A stretch of 64,000 nucleotides of DNA from Alphaproteobacteria bacterium (GTDB taxonomy: Bacteria > Pseudomonadota > Alphaproteobacteria > GCA-2731375), in NCBI GenBank assembly GCA_965232515.1, contig CBDDPY010000002.1, positions 6,464,001 through 6,528,000 of the forward strand, given 5' to 3'. Below are positions 29,545 through 38,963 of the stretch, in pieces. Under the pieces are notes generated by a model that made no database searches, was not told the origin of the DNA, and worked only from the letters and a program-made list of their open reading frames with translations. A program made the position numbers and the translations under genes. The first letter of the stretch is position 1, and every line of letters begins with the position of its first letter.

Positions 29545-29993
29545 GATCGGCCTCGCTCGTCAGCGCCCTGCTCTCGGACACGCCAGTGCCAGGATTACGT
29601 CTGTCCAGAAGTATGCATATCGGTTCCGGAAATGATGTCCGAGAAAAGTCCAATTTGAAGTGTTCCCGGGAGGCCCGTGCACGGTCGGATTGTCCGATGC
29701 GGAAATGCCGCGAACCGTGCGCTTGCGCTTTCGGTAGAGATGGGTTCCAAGGACGGCGAGACCGGCCGTGCCCATCACGATCGGCGTCGCGATCAAGGTT
29801 GCGCCGCCCGTCGCTCCGCCCCGCCTGCGGGAGGCGAGCCTTTCGTTTATCGTGGTCGAATGGCTAACGGCGGCGCCTGCGTCCCAGGCAAAACACCGCC
29901 GTTCCGTCACCGGTTGGTCGCGCCCGACGGCAGAATACCGTGCGCTCGATCAGCACGCTCGTCTATGTCGCTGCCTACGTTTCGGCGGCGGGC

Positions 29994-31460
29994 TTACTTC
30001 GTCGTCCGGGCTTGCGACGGCTGTGGCACATAGACACGATGGAAGAGGCCTGTCGCTTTGCCCGGTTCGTTGCTGCCGAAATAGACCTCGTTGCTGGAGC
30101 TGACGACGATGGAGGCAATCGTCGCGCGGGTCGCGGGCGTCGTTATCCGCAGCAATTCCTCGCCCGTATAGAGATCGAGCACTACTAGATCGTTGTGTCC
30201 ATCGACATAGTCAGTGCAGTAGACCATGCCACGGTCGGATACGATCGTGGGGCGGGCGCTGGCGCGCAATTTCTTTTGCCACATCGTCTCGATGGAATTG
30301 CTGCCTGACACCCTGACGGCCGTGAGCGTGCCATTGCCCTGGTCGTTGCCAATGATAATTCCCGAGTCATCGTCGATCGTCAGGTCGAAAAAGCTCCACC
30401 CTGGTCGCGTCGAACCTGCGAACAGATCGGGCCCGGTCAGCGGTCGGGTGTCGCGGGAGTAGGAAGCCTCCGTGTCCTGCCAGAAGATCTTCATGGGTTC
30501 GGAGGCGGAAAAAACCGTGTTCGTCGCGTAGTAGGCCCGTCCATTGACGATGACGGGCGACGTCGGCTTGCGGATCTTATTCGCGCCGGCAGCATAGGGG
30601 GCATATCGCGACCGCCACGTGTCATCGAGGGTGAGGGAGCCTTCTGCAATCCGAAAGCGTACGGTTTCGGATTGATTGACGTGATAAAGGTACTCCTCGC
30701 CGTTTTCGAGCCGTTCCACCGTGAGCCGCGGGGATGCACCGGGATAGTCCACGTCGGCGGTGATTGCCAGGCTCTCCGGGTCGATCAGCAAGAATTTCGA
30801 AGCGTTGCCCACCAAAGAAAAATATTTCGTGATCAGCTCGCCTGAGCCGCTGGTGGCCAATCCGTTGTATACTGTCGAGTGACGTAACAGCCCGGGTGCA
30901 ACCGGAAGATTGACCGACTTGTCGATGGTCATGGACTCCGGCTCGATCCGATAGAGGTGCGACTGTGAAATGGCGTACACGAAGCCGTTGGCGTGAACGA
31001 TCGCCCCGCCGACATAGGGCGCCGTCGTACCGCGGTCGAGGTTCAGGCGTACCTGTGCGCCCGTTTTGGGGTTGAATTTGGTGATGTGAGGGGCCGACTC
31101 AGTGGCACCGACGGGCAGACCGTCGATTTGACTGACGTATCTTGAAAGAATCAGGGGGGTACCGCCGATAACGAAGACCTCATCCTGGTCCCGGGTGTAG
31201 GCGAAAGTCGGAAAGGGCATCTCCACCGTGTCAATGGCGACGTCTGCCGCCGTCACGCCACGGGGTAAGCCCGCGTCAACGACGGTATTCGAGCGATTGA
31301 GGTTCGCCGAATCCGCCGGCCACGACGTCTCGTACAACGAGGCGCGATAGCCGGGCTGTGTCACCATTGCGCCGGTGTCCGCGCTTGCGACGGCTAGGGA
31401 AGCGAATTGAACAGCGACGACCAGGATCGCGTTCAGTCGGGTGGTGGAACTGATGCTCAT
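29994..31460 (-). CDS. Secreted beta-rich (probable beta-propeller) hypothetical protein
   Basis: Signal peptide MSISSTTRLNAILVVAVQFASLAVASA; beta-strand repeats, LVVLDLYTGEE. Confidence 0.65.
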   Translation of the reverse strand: MSISSTTRLNAILVVAVQFASLAVASADTGAMVTQPGYRASLYETSWPADSANLNRSNTVVDAGLPRGVTAADVAIDTVEMPFPTFAYTRDQDEVFVIGGTPLILSRYVSQIDGLPVGATESAPHITKFNPKTGAQVRLNLDRGTTAPYVGGAIVHANGFVYAISQSHLYRIEPESMTIDKSVNLPVAPGLLRHSTVYNGLATSGSGELITKYFSLVGNASKFLLIDPESLAITADVDYPGASPRLTVERLENGEEYLYHVNQSETVRFRIAEGSLTLDDTWRSRYAPYAAGANKIRKPTSPVIVNGRAYYATNTVFSASEPMKIFWQDTEASYSRDTRPLTGPDLFAGSTRPGWSFFDLTIDDDSGIIIGNDQGNGTLTAVRVSGSNSIETMWQKKLRASARPTIVSDRGMVYCTDYVDGHNDLVVLDLYTGEELLRITTPATRATIASIVVSSSNEVYFGSNEPGKATGLFHRVYVPQPSQARTTK

Positions 31461-31543
31461 CTTCTGCCCTTCAAAACTCAGGCTGCGATGCTGTTCTAGC
31501 GCGCTCGGCGCGTGCGGTATGCCAAACGCTTTACACAAGGAGG

Positions 31544-32266
31544 ATGTTTTCTTCCGTGCCTGACTTTTCCCTGTATCAATCAATGATGCTCGATCATCTC
31601 CTGCCACCAAGGCTCCAGGATCTGGTGTTGGAAGCGTGTCGTACGGTCGAATACGACGACGGCCAGCTTGTCTGGGCCAGGGGCGATCGAACGCAAGGCT
31701 TGGGGATCGTCCGTTCGGGACGGCTCAATGCCGGCAATACCGGCATCGACGGCTCCTACATCGTGACCTTCGTGCTCGGGCCGGGGCACGTTTTTGGCGG
31801 CTTGTCGATGTTCGCCGATCTGCCAACAAGGGCATACGACATCATGGCGGTCGGGCCGGCGGTGGTCGGCCATCTCGACAAGCCGCAGTTCGAAGCGTTG
31901 ACGGACGCCGAGCCGAAGATCCTGCGCCATCTCCTGCGCGCCGTCGCCTTGCGCATGTTCGCCGAGACGGAACTTCTGGATGATGCAATGCGTCTTCCGC
32001 TGCGCGTGCGCGTTGCGAAAATGCTTCGAACCTTTTCCGAACTGTCTGCCGGTGCGACCGTGCTGGAAGGACGCCAGGCCGTTCTCGCCCAAACTCTCGG
32101 CACGTCACGCGTGTCGATCAGCAAAATCCTCCATGAGCTGCAGGATATCGGTCTGATTTCGGTTCAGCGCGGCAAGATCACCATCGAGGACCGCCAGGTG
32201 CTGGACGATTGGATCGCCCGCCACAACCTTGTGGGCGAACTGGACGCAGAGGCCACGAACATCTGA
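31544..32266 (+). CDS. Crp/Fnr-family transcriptional regulator
   Basis: cNMP-binding-like domain (LGPGHVFG...R) plus HTH (Q..LAQTLGTSRVSISKIL..L...GLI...RGKI.I.D); start uncertain. Confidence 0.9.
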   Translation: MFSSVPDFSLYQSMMLDHLLPPRLQDLVLEACRTVEYDDGQLVWARGDRTQGLGIVRSGRLNAGNTGIDGSYIVTFVLGPGHVFGGLSMFADLPTRAYDIMAVGPAVVGHLDKPQFEALTDAEPKILRHLLRAVALRMFAETELLDDAMRLPLRVRVAKMLRTFSELSAGATVLEGRQAVLAQTLGTSRVSISKILHELQDIGLISVQRGKITIEDRQVLDDWIARHNLVGELDAEATNI

Positions 32267-32390
32267 TCGAGCGCGCCGCCGTCCTTCGAGACGCGCCTCT
32301 GGCGCGCATCAGGATGACGGTCCTGGCGGCGTCATGATCCTGCGGCGCGTCCCGACGGGGCGTATTTCGAAGGATGCCGTCGGTCGATCG

Positions 32391-34157
32391 TCACCGTGCC
32401 CGCTCCCGCTCGTACGCGGCAACGAGCCGTTTGAACTGTGCGGCGCCCTCGATCCCTTTGTGCATGTCAAGCATGACGTCCTGGAGCTTGGTCAGATTGC
32501 CCGCCTGCTTGGCGATCATCTTGTCGTATTGCGGGCCGAAGCGGCGATCGATGGTCGCACCCGTCAAATACTGCATCACTGCCAACTGTTGGGTGTCGGA
32601 GCCTTCGTGCAGAACGACGTTGAGATCGTGGTCGGTCAGCCCTTGGTAGTGTTGGATTTTCTCCAGCTCTTCGGCGCAGGCGCCATTGCGCAGCACGACA
32701 TTCATGTAACGTTGCGCTTTCGCTTGAAGCCCTTTTGCATCCGTTATGCGGTTTTCCGGCGGCAGTCTGCTGTTCCACAGATCCGCCTCGGTTTCGGCGA
32801 TCGCCAGGCACTCCAGAAAAAGCCGATCGTCGGCGGCCTTTTTGACGTCATCCCAGTGGTCGCCGGCCGCATACAAGTCTTTGTACAACTGCAGGGCCTT
32901 TTGCGGATCGATCTTGTCGCGCTTGATATCGGTTTGGAATTCTCTGAGGCGCCTGGTCAGTCGACGATCCAATTCAGGATAGATCGGATCGCTTGCGTGG
33001 CTCACCGGATCCGTCGGTCTGACGTTGGCAGCGGCACGCGCGTATGCGCGCTGATCGCGCCTTGCGGCGTCCGCCATGCCAACGATGACTGATTTTGTCG
33101 CTTTTTCGACCTTTTCTTTGTGCTCAACGAGCCCGTGGTTGAAGGCCCGAACGTGCTCGGGCAGGCTGGACTGGAGGGCCTCTTCGCGCCGGGCGCGCTC
33201 TTGTCCGATCGCTTTCTTTAGCGCATCGGTTCGATCCACATCATTTGCTATTCCGCCAACCTCGAAGTGTTCTTCGTAGATGGTGCCCCTGCGCTCCGGG
33301 GCCGCGTCGGCCGGTTCGTCCGCTTCGGCGTCGATCTCGGCTTCGGCGTCGTTAACGGCGTCAGTGTTGTTATCGGCTTCTTCCAGAACCTCTGGTCCAT
33401 CGGCGTTGTCGGACTCGACACTATCGACCTGCACGTCGGGCACTTCAGGGAGGCCGAATTCTTCAATCACCAAAGCGTCCCTGATGGTATTGAGTTGCGC
33501 GACATAGGCCTTGAGCGAGTCCAGTTTGGTGCGCGCGGTGTGCAGTTGCCGATTGGTTGCGGCGGCGTCTCTGGCCTGCGCCATCGTCAGGGCGGCGTCC
33601 AGCCGTTCGATGCGTAGTTGCAGCGCGTCGGACAGCAAACCCAGCTTGATCAGCACCATCCGGCCCTTCGCCGGATCGTGCCGGCGCACGGCCAAAAGGC
33701 CGAGCAACAGGTTCTCGCCGAACCTTTTCACCGGATTGTCGCTTGCGGGTACGCCAGTGGCGTGTGCGGCGTCCGTCGCCTCTAGTTTCGCACCGGCCCT
33801 GTCTATCTGCACCAGTTTCCGCAAGAACCCGACCGTGGGCATGGCGCCGTTGGCCACGTCCTCGATGAGCGAATCGACGCTTTTGTCGAAGCCGTGTTCC
33901 GCGTCTTCCCTTATTGCTTGGACATTGCCGAAGGCCAATTTCGTATTGCGCGCGACCGAGTGGCCGATCCCCAGAAGGCCGCCCCGCTGCCGATCGATGC
34001 GCGCTTTCGTACGGAGCTCAAGCTTGCCCGACAGCGTCGTCATGATTTCCGCAAGGGGGCGCCCCTGCGTCGTTTTGAACGTCGTCTCGGTCGGAACCGG
34101 GACGAACTCGGTGCCGGCGGTGAGTTGATCCCGGTTCAGGCGGCTCCATTCGGGCAT
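32391..34157 (-). CDS. Candidate T3SS effector, ~588 aa
   Basis: ATG 34157 with AAGGA RBS just downstream of a chaperone; acidic central linker. Confidence 0.65.
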   Translation of the reverse strand: MPEWSRLNRDQLTAGTEFVPVPTETTFKTTQGRPLAEIMTTLSGKLELRTKARIDRQRGGLLGIGHSVARNTKLAFGNVQAIREDAEHGFDKSVDSLIEDVANGAMPTVGFLRKLVQIDRAGAKLEATDAAHATGVPASDNPVKRFGENLLLGLLAVRRHDPAKGRMVLIKLGLLSDALQLRIERLDAALTMAQARDAAATNRQLHTARTKLDSLKAYVAQLNTIRDALVIEEFGLPEVPDVQVDSVESDNADGPEVLEEADNNTDAVNDAEAEIDAEADEPADAAPERRGTIYEEHFEVGGIANDVDRTDALKKAIGQERARREEALQSSLPEHVRAFNHGLVEHKEKVEKATKSVIVGMADAARRDQRAYARAAANVRPTDPVSHASDPIYPELDRRLTRRLREFQTDIKRDKIDPQKALQLYKDLYAAGDHWDDVKKAADDRLFLECLAIAETEADLWNSRLPPENRITDAKGLQAKAQRYMNVVLRNGACAEELEKIQHYQGLTDHDLNVVLHEGSDTQQLAVMQYLTGATIDRRFGPQYDKMIAKQAGNLTKLQDVMLDMHKGIEGAAQFKRLVAAYERERAR

Positions 34158-34194
34158 GTGGCCGTTCCTTTTTTTCGCTGGTGTCCCCGACCGG

Positions 34195-34677
34195 TCAGAT
34201 CCGGACGAGCCCGGGTGCGTCCGGCGCCAAGTCGGAAGAGGCACCATCATTGGCCGCCCGCGCGGAGGTCGCGTGTCCGCCCAACTGGTCCGTTGCATGG
34301 CGTTCGCGCCAGAACCGCAGGACCTCGACAAAGCGGTCGAACTCGCGTCCGAGGACCGCGGCAGCGAGATCGTCGGTGTGGAAGACCCGGCACAGCACGA
34401 TTTCGTCGCTGACCGGGTCGATCGCCAAACTGGCGCCGCCGGTGCCGAGACCGACGAGGTTGGCCATCAGCAATTCTTCCATTACGGCGCTGCGGCCGTT
34501 GTCCGGCATGGGCCCGACTGCGGCGGTCATGGAGAATTGCGCGTCATCGCCGGTCGGACCGATATCGACGGCCATCTCGTCGTCGACCATGAGCTGGATA
34601 CCGTCGTCGGTGTCCAGATCGACCGTGTCGGCGCCGTGCGCTTGCGCCCACGCCGTCAGCATTTCCGCCAGAGCCAT
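34195..34677 (-). CDS. CesT-like class I T3SS chaperone
   Basis: ELLMANLVGLGTGGASLAIDPVSDEIVLCR...FDRFVEVLRFW. Confidence 0.9.
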   Translation of the reverse strand: MALAEMLTAWAQAHGADTVDLDTDDGIQLMVDDEMAVDIGPTGDDAQFSMTAAVGPMPDNGRSAVMEELLMANLVGLGTGGASLAIDPVSDEIVLCRVFHTDDLAAAVLGREFDRFVEVLRFWRERHATDQLGGHATSARAANDGASSDLAPDAPGLVRI

Positions 34678-34775
34678 GTCAACCCGTCCGTCTTCCCAAG
34701 CGCCTTGCCGCGTTCAGCGAGATTGGAACCACAGTTCCGTCTGGCAGAACCTTGAACGAAACCCGCCTTGCCGAC

Positions 34776-34791
34776 CGGACGAAATCCTGAT
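34776..34791 (-). promoter_or_regulatory. Variant direct-repeat box
   Basis: Minus strand ATCAGGATTTCGTCCG, CAAGGTT 21 nt downstream. Confidence 0.6.
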
Positions 34792-34864
34792 GATCGACCG
34801 TCTGCGCGGCCGATCGCCCCGCACGTCGTTGCTCGGTCATGCCCGTCGCGAAGACAGCCGTTTG

Positions 34865-34880
34865 GTCACTGTTCGGTCCG
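34865..34880 (+). promoter_or_regulatory. Variant direct-repeat box upstream of the MFS gene
   Basis: GTCACTGTTCGGTCCG, TAGCCT 22 nt downstream. Confidence 0.55.
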
Positions 34881-34976
34881 AACTGGGCAGTGGGTCTTGA
34901 TCTAGCCTTGCCGCCACACTAGGCGAATGCCGGAGGCCGGGCCGGTAGGCCGACTTCCAAACAAGGGGACAAGGCG

Positions 34977-36269
34977 GTGGCGACGACGGCGGCAGCCCAT
35001 CACCGGAACTTTGGCGTCCTGCTGGTTCAGGGCGTGTTCGTCGAAATCGCCCGAAACCTGGCCGGTCCACGGCTTGTCCTGCCGTTTCTCTATCTGGCGT
35101 TCGGAGCGCCGGTCTTCCTGGCTGGCGCTCTCATTCCCCTGATCCAGCTTTCACGGGTCGCGGGGCAGATCCTGTGCGCACCGTTCATCAACGCCACGCC
35201 GGTCCTCAAGTGGTACATGGTCACCGGGTCCGTGGTTATTGCTCTTGCCCTGTCGTTGGCAGGCCTGGCAGCCGACCTGACCTCTGTTCACCTCGTTGCC
35301 GTTACGTTTCTGATCGCCGTCGCCGGCGTCGGGTTCGGTCAGGCGATTAGCCGGATCGCCTTTCAGCATATGCTCGGATCCGTGATGACCGAGGACCGGC
35401 GCGGTGCACTGTTGTTTACGCAAACGGCGGTCAGCGGCGTTGTCGCGATTGCCGTTGCCTGGCTTCTGCATCGCATATTCTCAGATGTCGGATCCCTGGA
35501 CAGCCACCTGACCTTGTTGTGGGGCGGTGTTGTCGGCTATCTCGTCGCGGCCGTTCTTGCCACGGCATTGCAGGAGTCTCGAACCGGCGATGTGGAACCG
35601 CGCCAATCGAAGGCATCGTCGGCGCTTGCAGGTTACTTCGATGCGATCAGGAGCGGCACGGCGGAAACATTCCGCGAGCCGTGGTTTCGGCGCTTCGTGG
35701 TCGCACGGTTCCTGCTCGGCTCCGTTGAATTGGCGATGCCGTTCTATGCGATCCACGCCGCATCCCTCCACGCGTCGACGCAAGGAAGCCTGAGTGTCTT
35801 CGTCATTGCGGCAAGTGCAGGGCTGGTCGTTTGCGGGCCCCTATGGCAACGGCTCTCGCGCGTTTCGCTACCCGGCCTGCTGAACACGGCCTGCGCGTTT
35901 GCTGTGGTCGCAGGCGCCATCGCCATCGCCATCGAAAACGTGCCGTTGCTGCGCCACGAAATCTGCTACGGGCTCGTCTTCTTTTTGGTTTCGGCTGCAA
36001 ATCAGGGCGTTTCCAGCGCGCGCAAGATCTACCTTGCGGAGGCGGCGCCGCCAGCGCGGCGCGCATACTACATCGCCGGAGCGGAATCGGTTGTCGGCAT
36101 GATCGGCTTGCCGTTCGCATTCGCTCTGGCTGCGCTGGCCCACCTGCAGCATGTGGTCTGGCCCATTTACCTGCTGCTCGCAATGAACGCGACCGCCATG
36201 GTCTCTGCGCTGTTTCTGATGCCGACCCACCGTCATGATCACGAACGAACGGGTGTCGGCGCTCCATGA
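34977..36269 (+). CDS. MFS-type membrane transporter
   Basis: About 12 hydrophobic segments, RRG.L motif, F.RF..AR.L......PFY motif. Confidence 0.8.
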   Translation: MATTAAAHHRNFGVLLVQGVFVEIARNLAGPRLVLPFLYLAFGAPVFLAGALIPLIQLSRVAGQILCAPFINATPVLKWYMVTGSVVIALALSLAGLAADLTSVHLVAVTFLIAVAGVGFGQAISRIAFQHMLGSVMTEDRRGALLFTQTAVSGVVAIAVAWLLHRIFSDVGSLDSHLTLLWGGVVGYLVAAVLATALQESRTGDVEPRQSKASSALAGYFDAIRSGTAETFREPWFRRFVVARFLLGSVELAMPFYAIHAASLHASTQGSLSVFVIAASAGLVVCGPLWQRLSRVSLPGLLNTACAFAVVAGAIAIAIENVPLLRHEICYGLVFFLVSAANQGVSSARKIYLAEAAPPARRAYYIAGAESVVGMIGLPFAFALAALAHLQHVVWPIYLLLAMNATAMVSALFLMPTHRHDHERTGVGAP

Positions 36270-36617
36270 AATGTATGCACCCGGCGTCAGGCTCGGCCCC
36301 CGGACGTCTGCTGCTGTGAAGAACCTGTCCGGATCATCATCGCGTCCGCGATGGTTCGGTCAGATTGCACGTACAAATGCGCGCGGAAGACAATGTCATC
36401 AGCGGCGTGCGCCAGGGCGTAAGGCGGGTCGGATACGATGTCAGGATGCCGCGGTGGCCGCGTTGGCGCGGGCGCGCCCTGTGAAACCCCGCGGACAGCG
36501 CAGTCTTCTCCCGATCAGACGGCGCCGGACCGAGACTGGGTCAGGTGATCATCCTCATCGCACCGCGAGGGCCGGCATCGTTTTGGGATTGACAGCGCAA
36601 CGGCCTGGACCGCGATC

Positions 36618-36787
36618 AAGAGAGAGTAGAGCACGCTTACGAACTCTACTGCTGCAAGCGTGCTCTAGCCCCGTTGGGCGTTCGAGCCGGGGGGGCGGGG
36701 GAGGCAACCGACAAATGCTCGAACACCTTGGGGCGTTTCGGATCTCTCCTGGCTGACGGGTGAATTGCATTTCGCGCCGTCGTGATG
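36618..36787 (-). ncRNA. Putative small RNA with C-rich anti-SD loop and 3' terminator-like hairpin
   Basis: Box at 36822-36837 plus TACATT -10; stems GCCCC/GGGGC and GGTGTTCGAGC/GCTCGAACGCC enclosing CCTCCCCC; 12-bp stem TAGAGCACGCTT/AAGCGTGCTCTA followed by CTCTCTCTT; G-U wobbles fit the minus strand only; ends approximate. Confidence 0.55.
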
Positions 36788-36821
36788 CATCTCAATGTAT
36801 GGCGTTCCGGCACCGGTGTTG

Positions 36822-36837
36822 TTGACGAAGTTCGGAC
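36822..36837 (-). promoter_or_regulatory. Direct-repeat box driving the putative sRNA
   Basis: Minus strand GTCCGAACTTCGTCAA, TACATT 22 nt downstream. Confidence 0.65.
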
Positions 36838-36883
36838 AAGTTATCGGCCTCGTCAGGTCTTGACCGCATCCGCTGGTCGGCCG

Positions 36884-37309
36884 TCATCTTTCGGGGGTGT
36901 GCTCCATCCCCTTACCGAGCGCGCCGCTGGTATAGCGGTAACGCCAGTAGCTCAATGCCTCGACGAAAACGCTCAGTTCCCGATCGAAAACCCTGAAGGA
37001 GAGACCGTCATGGGGAAACTGCCGCCAAAGGGCGATCTCGTTGCGCTTCGTATCGATGCAGAGCGCGGCACCGCCTGTGGCCTCGCCCCGGAAATTGGCC
37101 TCCAGCAGCTCGCGGTAGACTGCCTCGCTGTCGTCAGCCGGGACGGGGCCGATCGCTGCGGCGACAATGAAGCCCCCCTCATCTGATGCTGCAACGATAT
37201 CGACAATCAGGTCGTCGTCGATGACGAGATGGCCGCCGTCGGCCTCGAGCGCGACGCTGTCCCGGCCGATGGTCGCGGCAAGCTCGTTCATCAGATCGGC
37301 CAACGCCAT
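36884..37309 (-). CDS. CesT-like class I T3SS chaperone with no adjacent effector
   Basis: YRELLEANFRGEATGGAALCID...FVEALSYW; ATG 37309 with GGAGA RBS; resembles 34195..34677. Confidence 0.9.
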   Translation of the reverse strand: MALADLMNELAATIGRDSVALEADGGHLVIDDDLIVDIVAASDEGGFIVAAAIGPVPADDSEAVYRELLEANFRGEATGGAALCIDTKRNEIALWRQFPHDGLSFRVFDRELSVFVEALSYWRYRYTSGALGKGMEHTPER

Positions 37310-37416
37310 GTCGCAATCTCCACCAATCCGGCGCCGGAGCGGGCCGGATCTGTTCCCAGTCTTGGCAGTTCGGTTTTTCGCATATCGCACGATCACATTC
37401 CGGCGGTGGCGGCGAT

Positions 37417-37432
37417 GTGACGAGATTCGGAC
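37417..37432 (-). promoter_or_regulatory. Direct-repeat box
   Basis: Minus strand GTCCGAATCTCGTCAC. Confidence 0.6.
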
Positions 37433-37519
37433 GTTCTCGCGAGCCGGCGCGGTCAATCCATCTGAAGCGGTTGCATCGCTGAACAGATCCCGCGCCAACC
37501 CGCACGCCGCATGTTCGCG

Positions 37520-38872
37520 TCAAGGTTCCGATACGGCAACCGCGCGCGTCGGTACGGGCCCGCTGCAGTGTGGTGAAGCGGACCCGCTATGACCTGTGCC
37601 GGCGTCCAGCGGCTTGCCGTGACGGCTCTTCAGCGTCAGCGACACCAGACACGACACGGCGGCAGCGACGACGAGGTACCACACAAATCCAAAGTCGTCG
37701 TGACTGCGGTCGATCATCCACACGGCCAACATCGGTGCGGTTCCGCCGAATATGGCGAAGGACAGGTTGTAGCTGATGCCGACTGCAGTGACGCGAACGC
37801 GATGTGGAAAGCTCTCGACCAGGGCGGAGGGGACGGACGCGGCCGCCAGCGCAATCAGGGCGGCAAGGCCAATCTGACCCGTCAGGATCAAGCCCGGGTC
37901 GGGGTGATGCATCAGCCAGACGAGCGGATAGGCGAGAAACACCAGTCCGGCATAACCGATGGCCATCATGCGCCGTCGACCGAACCGGTCAGACAGCAGG
38001 GCGAAAACCGGCATGAAGATGAAAAGCGAGGCGATCGAGATTGTATTGATCGTGAGTGCGGCGGACTGGGGTTCGTTGACCTGGTCGACAAGCCAACTCG
38101 CGGCGAAGACGAAAACGAGATAGTAGCCGACAGCATAGCCGACGGTCATGCCGACCCCTCTCAGGATTCCACGCCACTCTTCGCGCCAGGCTGAAAGGAG
38201 AGGCGATTTTTCTACCTTGGTTGCCGGTGTATCCGGCAGGCCGCGCCGCAACAGGTAGCCGACAATGGCGACCGCGACGCCGAACCCGAACGCAAAACGC
38301 CAAGCCGATTGGGCAAGCTCGCCGTCGGCGAACGTCATGCTCAGTACGGCACCGACGCCGGATGCCAGCAGGATTCCTGCATTCGCGCCGTTGAGGGCAA
38401 AAACGGAGAACAGCGCGCGGCGGCCGTGGGGCGAATGTTCGGCCAGATAGACGACCGAGCTTGTGTACTCGCCGCCCACGGCCAGACCCTGGGCCATGCG
38501 CAAGACGACCATAAGTATCGCCGCCGCAATCCCGATCGATTCGTAGGTGGGTAAAACGGCGATGAGCCCGATGGGCACAGCCATCATCAGAATTGACAGA
38601 ACCAGCGCCCGACTGCGGCCATGCTTGTCGCCGATATGGCCGAAGAGCGCCGCACCGACAGGGCGCATCAGAAAGCCTGCTGCAAAGGCACCGAAAGACG
38701 CGATAAGTGAAACCGTGGGGTCTTCCGACGGAAAGAACTGACGCGCAATGATCGGAGCGAAGTAGCCGTAGATCGCAAAGTCGTACCATTCGAGGACGTT
38801 ACCGACGGCGGCGGCGGTTGCCAGCCGTCGCAGCGGTTTGCCGGTCGTCTGCCCATGGCTTGAATTGGTCAT
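37520..38872 (-). CDS. MFS metabolite:H+ symporter (ProP/MHS family)
   Basis: GNVLEWYDFAIYG, GFLMRPVG, GDKHGR, QGLAVGGEY, SYNLSFAIFGGTAP. Confidence 0.93.
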   Translation of the reverse strand: MTNSSHGQTTGKPLRRLATAAAVGNVLEWYDFAIYGYFAPIIARQFFPSEDPTVSLIASFGAFAAGFLMRPVGAALFGHIGDKHGRSRALVLSILMMAVPIGLIAVLPTYESIGIAAAILMVVLRMAQGLAVGGEYTSSVVYLAEHSPHGRRALFSVFALNGANAGILLASGVGAVLSMTFADGELAQSAWRFAFGFGVAVAIVGYLLRRGLPDTPATKVEKSPLLSAWREEWRGILRGVGMTVGYAVGYYLVFVFAASWLVDQVNEPQSAALTINTISIASLFIFMPVFALLSDRFGRRRMMAIGYAGLVFLAYPLVWLMHHPDPGLILTGQIGLAALIALAAASVPSALVESFPHRVRVTAVGISYNLSFAIFGGTAPMLAVWMIDRSHDDFGFVWYLVVAAAVSCLVSLTLKSRHGKPLDAGTGHSGSASPHCSGPVPTRAVAVSEP

Positions 38873-38963
38873 GCCGCGTCCCTGGCGGTCATCCCGCTCG
38901 TTTTTTTTGGGCGGTGAGCGCCTGATCTCGGGTCATGTGGATTTCCTTCTGGCCGGTGCGCGG

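Noticed and set aside
36555-36770. 71-aa ORF as the product of the 36822 box
   Set aside because: No RBS and atypical composition; its poly-Pro comes from the C-rich loop, and RNA structure explains the sequence better (not fully excluded)
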